Below are positions 40,806-40,831 of a DNA stretch of 40,831 nt, in pieces. Within the stretch, counting starts at the first letter, position 1; every line of letters starts with the position of its first letter. The notes below the pieces were generated by a model. That model worked only from the letters and a program-made list of their open reading frames with translations. It searched no databases and had not been told where the DNA came from. The translations under genes were made by a program, and so were the position numbers. This stretch comes from a virus, in the IMG/VR virus record IMGVR_UViG_3300045988_122236, positions 1 to 40,831 of that record. One strand, 5' to 3'.

Positions 40806-40831
40806 CTACAAGCAAGGTATTTCTTACAGCC
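40806..40831. repeat. Right copy of the 26-bp terminal direct repeat.
   Basis: Identical to 1..26. Confidence 0.95.

Noticed and set aside
1-40831. Host-prophage junctions or flanking bacterial genes within the window.
   Set aside because: The ends are an identical 26-bp overlap with a gene reading across them, and every module is phage-like. The window is a closed phage genome, not an integrated prophage with flanks.

Overview
The window is a complete, circularly closed temperate dsDNA phage genome. Bases 1-26 are identical to 40806-40831, so the unit length is 40,805 bp, and one ORF reads in frame across the junction. No host flanks are present. Gene style is Firmicute/Clostridia-like (strong GGAGG-type SDs, GTG/TTG starts, many ATGA/TGATG coupled genes); that host assignment is inference only.

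Modules:
1. Leftward early operon (7849 -> 1, wrapping to 40805 -> 38931): Cro-like HTH, hexapeptide-repeat protein, NinB-like and HNH nucleases, SSB, replication initiator, DnaB, RusA, DUF6273-like protein, HNH endonuclease, ArpU/RinA-like late regulator.
2. Rightward lysogeny unit (8082-10855): CI-like repressor, an AT-rich membrane moron, tyrosine integrase. It is followed by an attP with TTACGAC arm repeats and a tRNA 3' end plus terminator.
3. Leftward six-gene accessory operon (13233 -> 11166) containing a J-domain protein. It is driven by a consensus promoter buried in an array of CATGCTAGCATG palindromes next to a ribbon-helix-helix gene.
4. Rightward late operon (13639 -> 38877). It starts with a promoter-leader-terminator unit. 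Then come terS, a 1.23 kb ORF-free structured gap with an embedded tRNA-like module, terL, scaffold, capsid, portal, tail and fibre genes (one collagen-like), and an M23+GH25 endolysin with holin. Downstream of the lysis genes lie a 2017-aa giant protein, a 53-aa LuxR-type HTH and a terminator-bounded cargo cluster with a C1q/BclA-like protein.

No tape measure, tube or sheath gene is visible, which suggests podovirus-like architecture. The most interesting element is the terS-terL non-coding region, a candidate large ornate RNA (GOLLD/ROOL-like or new).
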